A stretch of DNA of 64,000 nucleotides from Candidatus Krumholzibacteriota bacterium. GTDB taxonomy: Bacteria; Krumholzibacteriota; Krumholzibacteriia; JAJRXK01. The DNA is taken from contig CAVSGG010000017.1 in the NCBI GenBank assembly GCA_963727455.1, forward strand, positions 96,001-160,000, given 5' to 3'. How positions within the stretch are numbered: the stretch's first letter is position 1; each line of letters opens with the position of its first letter. The notes under the pieces are model-generated. The model made no database searches and was not told the DNA's origin. It saw nothing but the letters and a program-made list of their open reading frames with translations. The position numbers were made by a program, and so were the translations under genes. Below are positions 19,081-28,906 of the stretch, piece by piece.

Positions 19081-20238
19081 ATGCGTAATCACGGAAGCAA
19101 AATTCTCATCGGGTTCTTGGGGCTGGGCGTGCTGCTTCTATCCTTCGGGCTGCGCGACCCGCTCTTGCCCTGGATGGCCCCTTCGGGTGCGGAGCAAGCC
19201 AATGCCTCCGCCACACCCGATGCAGGCGCAGTTCTCTCGAAGTCACAGCGTCTGAACGATCGTCTATTCCTCCTCGAGAGAGAGAACCGAGAGCTCGCAA
19301 GCCGCGTCAAGCAGCTCGATTCGCTGCAGACCACCCTTCGTCAAAGGCTGGAATCGGTGGAGGCCAGACCCCACTTGCGACCTCTGCAGGACTATGCGCT
19401 TCCCGATTCGATCGGTTTCTGCGGAGAGGAGGTTTCCCTGGCCGATTCCCCGGCCCGTGGACGCTTCGAATCCGAATTCTACCGCTTACTGGTGAACCGG
19501 CACTGGCTGGTTCGATGGATGCGCCGCAGCCGCGAGGTGTTTCCTCTCATCGAAACTCGCATTGCTCACGCGGGAATGCCCGACGACTTGAAATACGTTG
19601 CCGTCATTGAGAGCTCGCTCGACCCGCGGGCGGAAAGTAGCGCCGGAGCGGTCGGGTACTGGCAATTCACGGGGTCGACGGGGCGCCGCTTCGGTTTGGT
19701 TCACAACCGGAGCTTGGATCAACGCAGGGATCTCGCCGAAGCCACCGACGCCGCGCTGCGTTATCTCTCCGAACTTCACGACGAGTTCGGGTCCTGGGCA
19801 CTATCTCTGGCTGCCTACAACGCGGGCGAGAATCGTATTCGTGGCGCTATCGGCGACCAGGGGCAGAACGACTATCACCGCCTCGTGCTTCCACGGGAGA
19901 CGGAGGCCTACTGGTACAAGGCCGCTGCGGTCAAACTTCTCTTCGAACACGCGGCCGACTACGACTTTGATTTCCCCAAGGAGGCCGGACAGGTGGTGGT
20001 CTGCGACACGCTGGTCGTCTCTCTGGACCACAGGACGGCGATTCTCGATCTTCTGGGTGACTCGGGAATGGACTACTGGGAGTTCAAGGATTTCAATCCG
20101 GCCTATCGGCGTCCGGAAATTCCCCGCGGCGAGCACCGGCTCGCGATTCCTCACCAGTATGCGGCGGCCATTTCGTCACGCTATCCGCGTGCGCGCTTGC
20201 AGCTCAGCGCGGTGCCTTCCACACGACCTCGGCAGTGA
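19081..20238 (+). CDS. Lytic transglycosylase (MltD-like SLT domain)
   Basis: IES catalytic Glu motif, AVGYWQF, AAYNAG, LPRET; N-terminal anchor and coiled coil. Confidence 0.9.
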   Translation: MRNHGSKILIGFLGLGVLLLSFGLRDPLLPWMAPSGAEQANASATPDAGAVLSKSQRLNDRLFLLERENRELASRVKQLDSLQTTLRQRLESVEARPHLRPLQDYALPDSIGFCGEEVSLADSPARGRFESEFYRLLVNRHWLVRWMRRSREVFPLIETRIAHAGMPDDLKYVAVIESSLDPRAESSAGAVGYWQFTGSTGRRFGLVHNRSLDQRRDLAEATDAALRYLSELHDEFGSWALSLAAYNAGENRIRGAIGDQGQNDYHRLVLPRETEAYWYKAAAVKLLFEHAADYDFDFPKEAGQVVVCDTLVVSLDHRTAILDLLGDSGMDYWEFKDFNPAYRRPEIPRGEHRLAIPHQYAAAISSRYPRARLQLSAVPSTRPRQ

Positions 20239-22225
20239 ATGTGTCCTCCACCTGGATCGCGTCGACGACGTCCATTCCCTCGGCCACTCTTCCAATGAGG
20301 GTGTAGCGAGCGTTCAGGTGGGGCTGGGGCGAGTGCGTGATGAAAAGCTGACAGCTCCCCGTATCCTTGCCGTTGGTTGCGATTCCCACGCTTCCCCGCT
20401 CGAAGCGCAGGGAACTCCATTCACTTCGAAGAAGATAACCGGCGTCGCCCCATCCCGTGCCCAGAGGATCTCCGCCCTGGATCACGAAGTTGGGAACGAC
20501 TCGATGAAAATCGAGCCCGTCGAAGAAACCCGATTCGGCGAGCCGCGCGAAGCTTTCGCAGGATTGGGGCGCCACGTCGAAATAGAGATCGATGACGATC
20601 CGGCCGCGCGAGGTATGCAGGATGAGCTCGCGCGCGTTGCTTTCGCTGACAAGAGCGGGTTGCTTGGGTGAACGCTGAATCGGGCGAACGTCCATGACGA
20701 TGTCCTCTACCCGCGGCAGTCCCGCTGCCTCCTTCTCGGGTAGGATCTCCGCCAGGGCATTGCGCGCCGCAACGCGCAGCCGCCGATCGTTGCTTTCGCT
20801 CAGAACCTGCTTGAGGATGGTGGTGGCCTCCGCGGCTTTCAGCTCGCCCAGAGAGCTGAGGGCGGCCTCGCACACCTCCACCTGGTGCCGTTGGTCCCAC
20901 GATTGATAGCAGGCCAGCAGCGGATCGATGACGCTTTCATCTCCCAGCTTTCCCAGATCGGTCGCGGCGGTGGTGGCCACCGTCCAGTCGTCGTCCCTCA
21001 ATGCCGTTTTTAAGATCGAAATGGCGTCCTCGCCTCCGAGCGAGGCAATTCCCTCCAGCGCATGCGGACGAATCTCCATATCGGTGTGCTGGTCGAAGGC
21101 CGCGTTCAGGGTTGCTCGCGCATCGGGATCGGGGTGCTCGCCGAGCAACTCGTAGCACTCACCCCGAACCACGCCGGAGGAGTCCTGTAGTCCCTCGCGC
21201 AGCTGGGCCGAGGCTCCGTCCGGCAGATTGGCAGCCAACGCCGCGTAGGCGGCGAGTCGCACCACGCTGCAGGTATCTCGACAAGCGACATCAAGAGGAC
21301 CGGGATCGGAAATCGGCGCCAAGGCGTGAAGGGCGCCGAGAGCGGCAGCTCGCACGTGGAATACCTCGTCGGCGAGCATGCTCGAGAGCTGCGGTACGGC
21401 TTCCTTTGCGCCCAGCTGTCCCAGCGCGCGCGCTGCGTTCACGCGTACCGTCCACTCGCTTTCATGCAGCCGTGATACGAGAGCATCTTCGGCGGTGAGA
21501 GCGAGGGGAGGGCCGATCTGCCCCAGACCCTTCGCGGCGAAGGCGCGCACCATGGCGCTGGAATGCCCCAGCAACTCGATTTCGCGCTGCACCGCGCGCT
21601 CGTCCTGGAACTTCCCCAACGCGTAGGCGGCGCGCCAGGCGACCGATTCCACCGGGTCATGGCTGGCGCGCACGATCGCGTCCACCGAGCTGGAATCGGC
21701 CAAGAGGGCCAGGCTCTCCAGGGCCTGTTCCCGAACCAAGGGATGGGGGTGCAAGAGTCCCCGCATCACCTCCGTGGCAGTACCCGGTTGATTGACCCGG
21801 CCCAGGGCGAGAAGGACTTCCCCGAGGACCTCTGGGGATCCCCGGCGTCCCGACCCGGCCATGAGCGAGAGTTCCTTTTCGGCTCCGGCGAGTAGAGCCA
21901 CCGCCGAGGCGGAAGTGGGGATGAGACCCAGCGCGAAAGCGGCCTGCTCGCGTACCTCGGGTCTGCGATCGTCGCGCAGGGTCTCCGCCAGCTGGGGAAC
22001 CGCCTCGGGGCGGCCGATACGTCCCAGTGCCAGGCATGCCGCAGCGCGCACCAGGTAGGAGGATTCGTGGAGGTAGGAGTACAGGCTGTCTCCCGGAATG
22101 ACGCGGGCGTCCTCCCAAGCCTGAATCTTCATCATGCTGGCCGGGATGTCGGTTCGTGCGCAGGCGGAGAGTTGAGAGAGTAGCGCGGAGAAAACCAGAG
22201 CACAAAGAAAACGAGGACACATCAT
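20204..22225 (-). CDS. HEAT-repeat lipoprotein with C-terminal cyclophilin-type PPIase
   Basis: Lipobox LSAC; VR..AA.ALG HEAT repeats; FHRVVPNFVIQGGD and SQ/CQLFIT..QPHL cyclophilin motifs. Confidence 0.9.
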   Translation of the reverse strand: MMCPRFLCALVFSALLSQLSACARTDIPASMMKIQAWEDARVIPGDSLYSYLHESSYLVRAAACLALGRIGRPEAVPQLAETLRDDRRPEVREQAAFALGLIPTSASAVALLAGAEKELSLMAGSGRRGSPEVLGEVLLALGRVNQPGTATEVMRGLLHPHPLVREQALESLALLADSSSVDAIVRASHDPVESVAWRAAYALGKFQDERAVQREIELLGHSSAMVRAFAAKGLGQIGPPLALTAEDALVSRLHESEWTVRVNAARALGQLGAKEAVPQLSSMLADEVFHVRAAALGALHALAPISDPGPLDVACRDTCSVVRLAAYAALAANLPDGASAQLREGLQDSSGVVRGECYELLGEHPDPDARATLNAAFDQHTDMEIRPHALEGIASLGGEDAISILKTALRDDDWTVATTAATDLGKLGDESVIDPLLACYQSWDQRHQVEVCEAALSSLGELKAAEATTILKQVLSESNDRRLRVAARNALAEILPEKEAAGLPRVEDIVMDVRPIQRSPKQPALVSESNARELILHTSRGRIVIDLYFDVAPQSCESFARLAESGFFDGLDFHRVVPNFVIQGGDPLGTGWGDAGYLLRSEWSSLRFERGSVGIATNGKDTGSCQLFITHSPQPHLNARYTLIGRVAEGMDVVDAIQVEDTFTAEVVWKAPR

Positions 22226-22341
22226 GCCGAAGCTCCAAAGGGGGTGCGCCGTGCAAGGTGACGCACGGAGAGTAGACGGGCCGGGGAATTAGGGCAAGAG
22301 CAGCTTGGAGCGCGATCTTTGCGGTGCTAGCCTCTTGAATC

Positions 22342-23190
22342 ATGGAATCCGCTTCGATCCAATCTTCGGCGAGTGAGCGCCCTTTTGCTCCGGCGGTGGT
22401 ACGCCTCGATCTGTCCTACGACGGAAGTGGATTCCACGGATGGCAGGTGCAGCCCGGTTTGCGAACCGTCCAGGGCGAGCTGATGCGGTGTCTGAAGAAG
22501 CTGCTCCCGCTCGAGGGGATTCCTCCTGGAGCGGGTCGTACCGACGCCGGAGTGCACGCCCGCGGCCAGGTGGCGAGTTTTCCACTGCCAGATCCCTCCA
22601 ATTTCGAGCGAATCCAACGCGCCTTGCCGCGTATGGTACCCGAGGACATGGCAGTGCGGCGCGTTCTCATGGTCGATTCGGATTTCCACGCTCGGCACAG
22701 CGCCTGCGGCCGGGTCTATCGCTATCGCATGATGCTCGAGCAGGATCCTCTTCTGCGCAGAACGCATTACTTCATCCCTAACCAGCTCGAGATCGAGAAG
22801 ATGAAGAGCGCCGCCGGGGACTTGCTCGGGGACCACGATTACACGAGCTTTTGCAAGGCTTCCTCGGTGGTCGAGGGCAAGACACACTGCGAAGTACGTA
22901 GGGCGGAAGTGGTCTCTGAAGGGCCGGCCATCGTTTTCACCATCGAGGCCGATCGTTTTTTGCACTCCATGGTGCGCACCATCGTCGGCACTCTGGTGGA
23001 AATCGGGCGCGGGATACGTCCGGTGGACGCGATTCCCGAGATCCTGCATGCTCGTCGCCGCGAGCGGGCGGGACATCTGGCGCCCGCCCATGGCCTGTGT
23101 CTGGAAGCAGTGAGGTACGGTCAGGAGAGGCAGCTTGGCGTTGCGGCATTGGGGAAGGATTCGCATGCAGATCTACCTGGAATCAGCTGA
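22342..23190 (+). CDS. truA: tRNA pseudouridine(38-40) synthase
   Basis: YDGSGFHGWQ, AGRTDAGVHA, FHAR, FLHSMVR, AP..GL.L. Confidence 0.96.
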   Translation: MESASIQSSASERPFAPAVVRLDLSYDGSGFHGWQVQPGLRTVQGELMRCLKKLLPLEGIPPGAGRTDAGVHARGQVASFPLPDPSNFERIQRALPRMVPEDMAVRRVLMVDSDFHARHSACGRVYRYRMMLEQDPLLRRTHYFIPNQLEIEKMKSAAGDLLGDHDYTSFCKASSVVEGKTHCEVRRAEVVSEGPAIVFTIEADRFLHSMVRTIVGTLVEIGRGIRPVDAIPEILHARRRERAGHLAPAHGLCLEAVRYGQERQLGVAALGKDSHADLPGIS

Positions 23191-23809
23191 TCCACGCGAG
23201 CTGGGCGAGGCTCTGAGTTATCGCGTGGTGGACGGTGTTACCACCAATCCCGCGCTCCTGGCGCGGATGGGGGGTGATCCCCATCTGCGGCTCAAGGAAC
23301 TCTGCGAGATGGTGAAAGGCCCCGTGCTGGCCTCCACCACCTCGCTGGAGAGCGAGGCGATGATCGACGAGGCTCTGGCCCTTGCGGAGGTCCATGAACG
23401 TATGGTGGTGAAACTCCCCTGTCTCCCCGCGGCCTTGCCGGCCATGGCGGAACTGGCGGAGCGTCGCGTCCCGGTGGAAGCCACTCTCTGCTTCAGCTTG
23501 AGCCAGGCTCTACTTGCCGCGAAGACCGGCGTGCATTTCGTGTCGCCCATGGTGGGGCGGCTCGATGAGGCGGGACAGGACGGCCTTACCCTCGTGGGAA
23601 ATATTCTGACCGTCTACGATCAGTACCAGTTCAAAACTCGTGTCATCGCGGGGGGGTGTCGGACCGCGACTCACGTGGCGGAGGCAGCTCGCATGGGCGC
23701 TGATGCGGCGACCCTGCCCTTGAGTCTCTTGCGGACTCTGGCCGCCCATCCACTGAGTACCCGCGTGCAGAGGGAGTTCACCGAGAGCTGGCGAAGGGGT
23801 CAAAACTAG
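23165..23809 (+). CDS. Transaldolase / fructose-6-phosphate aldolase family protein with atypical active site
   Basis: GVTTNP, VVKLP (Schiff-base Lys), TLCFS..QALLAA, SP.VGR and HPL motifs. Confidence 0.85.
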   Translation: MQIYLESADPRELGEALSYRVVDGVTTNPALLARMGGDPHLRLKELCEMVKGPVLASTTSLESEAMIDEALALAEVHERMVVKLPCLPAALPAMAELAERRVPVEATLCFSLSQALLAAKTGVHFVSPMVGRLDEAGQDGLTLVGNILTVYDQYQFKTRVIAGGCRTATHVAEAARMGADAATLPLSLLRTLAAHPLSTRVQREFTESWRRGQN

Positions 23810-23887
23810 CGCCCGCCAGCGCTTTACGGAACCTGTCCGAAGGGGTGCCGTAGAATCAAGCATTGGCGCGAGTCTTCCGGGAGTGTC

Positions 23888-25165
23888 ATGAGCCAGAAGC
23901 GAATCGTTCCCTACCTCATCGGCGGATTGGCAGGGGCCAGTCTCGGGCTGGCCGTACTCATCGCGGCGCTGGTCGGCGGGGGTCTACCCTTCGTGCATCA
24001 CGATGCGCAGAAGCCCACGCCCCAACAGACCACTCCGACCTCACTGGGAGTGACCGCTCCGCAGCAGTTCCAGGGGGAACAGAGCGCCAGCTTGGATAGC
24101 GTCCGCAGCATCGACGAGGGGCGACGCGACGCCATCGTGGAAGCCACGCGCCGAGCAAGTCCGGCCGTGGTCAGCATTACGGTCATCTACCATCAGTTCG
24201 TGCGCGTCGCGGCCGATCCTCTGGAGTCCTTCTTCTCGCAGGGCTACGGACGCACCACGGTCAAGAAGCAACCCTACGAAATCCTCGGCAGTGGCGTGAT
24301 CATCGACAAACGCGGTTACATCATCACCAACAACCATGTTCTGGGAGAGTCCAAGGACTCGCACATCTTCATCACTCTGTCTGACGGCAGACAATTTCAA
24401 GCAGAGCTGGTGGGACGCTCGACCCACTACGACGTGGCTCTGTTGCGTTTCTCGGAGACCGTGCCCAATATGCCGGTAGCCACCCTCGGCGACAGCGACG
24501 ATCTGGTGCCGGGCGAATGGGCCATCGCCATCGGCTCACCCTACCGTTACCTGCTCGACGATCCCGCGCTGACAGTAACCGTCGGCGTGATCAGCGCGTT
24601 GCATCGTGATTTAAAACAGGCACAGGACGAGGGTCCAGCCTATCTGGACATGATCCAGACCGATGCCGCGATCAACCAGGGCAACAGCGGCGGCGCGCTC
24701 GTCAACGCCAAGGGAGAGGTCATCGGAATCAACACCTTCATCATCTCGGGTTCGGACGGCGGGAATTTCGGCGCTGGCTTTGCGCTACCCATCAAACGCG
24801 TCAAGTGGGTAATGGACGAGATCGTCCAGTACGGTGGTTTGAGGCCTCGAGTCACCGGTTTTCGGGGCGTCGTGCTCGACAAGCGCTGGCGCTACTTGCT
24901 CAAACTCGACGACGATATGACGGGCATCTACGTGGGCCGAGTGTATCCGGATTCTCCTGCATCCGAAGCGGGGCTGCAGGTCGGTGACATCATTCGTGCC
25001 ATCGACGGCCAGCTCATCTTGCGCAAGCAGGATTTCACCCGCCTCATCTACGAGGCACAGGTCGGGACGAAGCTCCATCTCAATGTGCAACGCGGAGACG
25101 AAATGCGGAACACCGTGCTCACCATTTCTTCGCGTATTCCCGCCCCTTCGACCAACGGCGAGTGA
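23888..25165 (+). CDS. HtrA/DegP-like trypsin serine protease with PDZ domain
   Basis: GSGVII, TNNHV, DVALL and QTDAAINQGNSGG motifs; N-terminal TM; C-terminal PDZ. Confidence 0.93.
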   Translation: MSQKRIVPYLIGGLAGASLGLAVLIAALVGGGLPFVHHDAQKPTPQQTTPTSLGVTAPQQFQGEQSASLDSVRSIDEGRRDAIVEATRRASPAVVSITVIYHQFVRVAADPLESFFSQGYGRTTVKKQPYEILGSGVIIDKRGYIITNNHVLGESKDSHIFITLSDGRQFQAELVGRSTHYDVALLRFSETVPNMPVATLGDSDDLVPGEWAIAIGSPYRYLLDDPALTVTVGVISALHRDLKQAQDEGPAYLDMIQTDAAINQGNSGGALVNAKGEVIGINTFIISGSDGGNFGAGFALPIKRVKWVMDEIVQYGGLRPRVTGFRGVVLDKRWRYLLKLDDDMTGIYVGRVYPDSPASEAGLQVGDIIRAIDGQLILRKQDFTRLIYEAQVGTKLHLNVQRGDEMRNTVLTISSRIPAPSTNGE

Positions 25166-25222
25166 GAATCTGACGCTCGGCTCTGGCGGCACGGCCAACC
25201 CTGTGATAGCCTGCCGCGCGTC

Positions 25223-26527
25223 ATGATCGAGCGCTATCAGACTCCCCAGATGAATGCCATTTGGTCCGACCAGCGCCGGCTGGAAATCTGGTGCGAGGTG
25301 GAGGTCGCCGTCTGCGAGGCGCAGGCCGAGCTGGGTGTGATTCCCAGGGAGGCGGCGGCCACGATCGCGAGCAAGGCGGCCTTCGAGCTCGAGCGCGTCC
25401 GCGAGATAGAAGACACCGTACACCACGATGTAATCGCGTTCTTGACCAACATGGCCGAGCACATTGGTCCCGATTCCCGCTTCGTCCATTTGGGCATGAC
25501 CAGCAGCGACCTCTTGGACACCACTCTGGCCGTCCAATGCAAAGAGGCCGGCGAGCTGCTCCTCTCAGAACTCGATCGCCTGCGTCAGATCCTCATCACG
25601 CGCGCGGAGGAACACCGCCGTACCGTCATGATGGGGCGCAGTCACGGCATCCACGCCGAGCCCACCACTTTCGGACTCAAGCTGCTGGTATGGGTGGACG
25701 AGCTGCGCCGGGCGCGCCACCGTCTGGTGGCAGCCATCGAGACGGTTTCGGTGGGGCAGATCTCCGGGCCGGTAGGCACCTTCGCGCACATTCGGCCCGA
25801 AGTGGAAGAGGCGGTCTGTGCGCGCCTTGCCCTCGCGGTGGCTCCGGTGTCCACCCAGATCGTGCAGCGAGACCGCCATGGGGAGTTCATGGCCGCTCTG
25901 GCACTGCTCGCTGCTTCGCTCGAGAAATTCGCTTTGGAGATCCGTCACCTTCAGCGCACCGAGGTGCATGAGGTCGAAGAGCCCTTCGGGTCCGGCCAGA
26001 AGGGTTCCTCGGCCATGCCGCACAAAAAGAACCCCATCCTCTGCGAGAGAATCGTGGGAATGGCGCGTCTGGTTCGGGGCAACTTGGTGGCTGCCCTGGA
26101 GGACGTGGCGCTGTGGCACGAGCGCGACATCTCCCACTCGTCGGTAGAGCGCGTGATTCTCCCCGACTCGACCACCCTCGTGCACTACATGCTGCTGAAG
26201 ATGAGCCATGTGGTGGAGGGCCTGAGGGTCTTTCCCGAACGTATGCGCGAGAATCTGGAGCAGGTTCCGGGGGATCTACCACAGTGGCGCCCTGCTCCTG
26301 GAGCTCGCGCGCGCGGGGATCAGCCGCGAGGGGGCTTATTCCCTGGTGCAGGAATGTGCTCTCAAGGCCTGGGAGGGCGAAGGGGAGTTTCGAGGCATTG
26401 GTGCGCGCGGATGAGCGCATCGTCGGGGCATCTGGGAGACGAAATCCCTCGATGCCGTCTTCGACTTGGAGCGCCATCTCGGCGCAGGTGGATCGTCTCT
26501 TTTCCCGAGTGCTCGCGCAGAGAGTAG
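25223..26527 (+). CDS. purB: Adenylosuccinate lyase (3' end scrambled by apparent single-base insertions)
   Basis: HLGMTSSD, GRSHG, GSSAMPHKKNP, HERDISHSSVER. The normal C-terminus (ISREGAYSLVQ...DAVFD) appears in shifted frames after about 26264. Confidence 0.95.
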   Translation: MIERYQTPQMNAIWSDQRRLEIWCEVEVAVCEAQAELGVIPREAAATIASKAAFELERVREIEDTVHHDVIAFLTNMAEHIGPDSRFVHLGMTSSDLLDTTLAVQCKEAGELLLSELDRLRQILITRAEEHRRTVMMGRSHGIHAEPTTFGLKLLVWVDELRRARHRLVAAIETVSVGQISGPVGTFAHIRPEVEEAVCARLALAVAPVSTQIVQRDRHGEFMAALALLAASLEKFALEIRHLQRTEVHEVEEPFGSGQKGSSAMPHKKNPILCERIVGMARLVRGNLVAALEDVALWHERDISHSSVERVILPDSTTLVHYMLLKMSHVVEGLRVFPERMRENLEQVPGDLPQWRPAPGARARGDQPRGGLFPGAGMCSQGLGGRRGVSRHWCARMSASSGHLGDEIPRCRLRLGAPSRRRWIVSFPECSRRE

Positions 26528-26530
26528 AAC

Positions 26531-28906
26531 GTGGCCGTCCCCGTGAGTTCCCTGGACGACCGGCTTCTTCGTGAGGCTCTGTCGGAACTCGGACTTTCTC
26601 TCAGCCTGCAAGAGGCGCGGCGGGTGGCCGAGCTACTCGGGCATGATCCCACCGAAACCGAACTCACCCTCTTCGACACCATGTGGAGCGAGCACTGCTC
26701 CTACAAGAGCAGCAAGCCGGTGCTCGAGCGCCTACTACCGACAAAAGCCTCCAACGTGATTTTGGGTCCTTCGGAGGATGCGGGGATCATCCACTTCGCC
26801 GAGGTGGACGGGGTTCGCTACGCTCTGGCCGTCGCGCACGAGAGCCACAATCACCCATCCCAGGTCATGCCGGTGGATGGCGCGGCGACCGGAATCGGCG
26901 GTGTGGTACGCGACGTGTACTGCATGGGCGCCGAAGTGATCGCCACCCTCGATCCACTGCGCTTCGGCGATCCGGGCGGAGAGAACGGAGAGAAGTGCCT
27001 GGAGATCGCGCGCGAGGTGGTGGAGGGCATCGCGCTCTACGGCAACGCGCTGGGTGTCCCCAATCTGGGCGGGGATGTGGGTTTCGACGCCTGCTACGAC
27101 GACAACTGTCTGGTGAACGTGGTGGCGATCGGATTGGTGGAAGAGGAACACATCACTCGCAGCCGCGTTCCCCAGGCCGCGCGATTGGAGCCCTACGACT
27201 TCCTTTTGGTGGGCAAGCCCACCGACTGGAGCGGCATGGGGGGGGCCTCCTTCGCCTCGGCCGATCTCGACACCGCACAGCTCCGGGAGAATCTGGGCAG
27301 CGTGCAGGTTCCCGATCCCTTCCTCAAGCGCATGCTGGTCCTGGCCAACCGGGCCATGTTGGATCTGGTTCGTGCCGAGGGCGCGCAGATCGGTTTCAAG
27401 GACCTCGGCGCGGGCGGGATCGCCTGCGTCTCCTCCGAACTCGCGGACGCGGCCGGGATGGGCATCGAACTCGATCTGCAGCATGCGAGTATCGAGCCCG
27501 CCGATCTTCCGGATCCAGTGGCCGCCTGCAGCGAAACCCAAGAACGCTTCGGAATCGCCTGTCCCGCGCGGCTCACCGAACGCATCCTGCGCATTTATAA
27601 CGAGGACTTCGACCTGCCCGCGATGTACGAAGGGGCGGGCGCGCGCCGCGTGGGCCGAATCAAGATACCAGTAGAGGGCGAAGCGGCGCGCTACCTCCTG
27701 CGACGTGGCAGCGAGGTTTTGGTGGACGCTCCCATCTCCACCATCACCGAAGGAATTCGTTACGAACGCGAAGCGCGAGCTGGCGCGCGCGAACTGAGCG
27801 CGCACTCGCTGCCCGGAGCAGTTCGCGAGCTGGGGGCTGAGTTGCTGGAGCTGTTGGCCTCCTTCGCCCTGTGCAGCCGGCGCGCTCTCTTTCAGCACTT
27901 CGACAGCGAGGTCAAAGCATGCACCGTTCTGCGTCCCGGAGAAGCGGACGCGGGTGTCGTTACTCCCATCGCCGAAAGCCCGGTCGGCATGGCCACCAGC
28001 GTCGATGGGAATCCGCGCTACTGTCGAGTCGATCCTTGTCTGGGCGCTGCCTACGCCGTGGTGGAGGCGGCGCGCAACGTCGCCTGTGTGGGAGCGAGCC
28101 CGGCGGCGATCACCGACTGTCTCAACTTCGGGAGTCCCGAGTCGCCCGAGGTCTTCCACGGCTTCGTGGAGAGCGTGCGCGGCATCGGCGACGCCTGTCG
28201 CGGTCTTGGGCGTCTGGAGGCGGCGGAAGATCCTCTGCCGGTGATCAGCGGCAACGTCAGCTTCTACAACCAGAGCGCCAGCGGGAGAGCAGTGGCGCCT
28301 TCTCCCATCGTCTGCTGTGTGGGGATCGTTCCCGATGCGAGCGTGTGCCGGAGCCTCTCGTTGAAGGAGGCGGGCAATCTGGTGTATCGCATCGGCAGTT
28401 TCTGTAGGGAGCTGGGGGGCAGTATTTACGCCGAGGTTCTGGATCCCCTGTGGCGGGGAGCGTTGCCCGCGATCGACTACCCCACGGTGCGCCGGGAAAT
28501 CGAACTCGTCGTCGCGCTGGTTCGCGAGAACAAGTTGCTTGCGGTGCACGACATTTCCGAGGGGGGAACTCTGGTCGCCCTGGCCGAGATGGTTCTGGGA
28601 CCGGAGAGCCTGGGACGGCTGGGCCTGAGGGCGAACTTATCCGGGGCTTGCCAAGAAGTGGGCGAGATTGCCGCCGCCTTCGGCGAGGCCGGGGGCTTTC
28701 TGGTGGAGATCAGGCCCCAAGACGTCGGGTTGCTGGAGGGCCGTGCCCAAGCTCTCGGACTTGCGTGTGTCGGGATCGGCGAAGTCACTCAGGAACGGGA
28801 GTTCGTGGTGGAAGGTCTGTCGCGCCCACTTCGGCTCTCATTGGACGAGCTGCGACGCGCGCGCGAGGAGACGATGCCGCGCCTGCTCTCCCGGGAGGAG
28901 CTATGA
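26531..28906 (+). CDS. purL: Phosphoribosylformylglycinamidine synthase subunit PurL (small type)
   Basis: MWSEHCSYKSS, ESHNHPS, DLGAGG, SETQER, DCLNFGSPE, GNVSFYN, HDISEGG. Confidence 0.97.
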   Translation: MAVPVSSLDDRLLREALSELGLSLSLQEARRVAELLGHDPTETELTLFDTMWSEHCSYKSSKPVLERLLPTKASNVILGPSEDAGIIHFAEVDGVRYALAVAHESHNHPSQVMPVDGAATGIGGVVRDVYCMGAEVIATLDPLRFGDPGGENGEKCLEIAREVVEGIALYGNALGVPNLGGDVGFDACYDDNCLVNVVAIGLVEEEHITRSRVPQAARLEPYDFLLVGKPTDWSGMGGASFASADLDTAQLRENLGSVQVPDPFLKRMLVLANRAMLDLVRAEGAQIGFKDLGAGGIACVSSELADAAGMGIELDLQHASIEPADLPDPVAACSETQERFGIACPARLTERILRIYNEDFDLPAMYEGAGARRVGRIKIPVEGEAARYLLRRGSEVLVDAPISTITEGIRYEREARAGARELSAHSLPGAVRELGAELLELLASFALCSRRALFQHFDSEVKACTVLRPGEADAGVVTPIAESPVGMATSVDGNPRYCRVDPCLGAAYAVVEAARNVACVGASPAAITDCLNFGSPESPEVFHGFVESVRGIGDACRGLGRLEAAEDPLPVISGNVSFYNQSASGRAVAPSPIVCCVGIVPDASVCRSLSLKEAGNLVYRIGSFCRELGGSIYAEVLDPLWRGALPAIDYPTVRREIELVVALVRENKLLAVHDISEGGTLVALAEMVLGPESLGRLGLRANLSGACQEVGEIAAAFGEAGGFLVEIRPQDVGLLEGRAQALGLACVGIGEVTQEREFVVEGLSRPLRLSLDELRRAREETMPRLLSREEL

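Noticed and set aside
26260-26527. Programmed frameshifting or pseudogenisation of purB
   Set aside because: Many scattered single-base insertions in an otherwise intact purine operon, with no slippery site; best explained as sequencing error.
7474-28549. Long antisense or alternate-frame ORFs (e.g. 7474-8868, 14453-15601, 26735-28549; also 35066-36421)
   Set aside because: They shadow well-supported genes, carry no motifs, and are expected in high-GC DNA with few stop codons.
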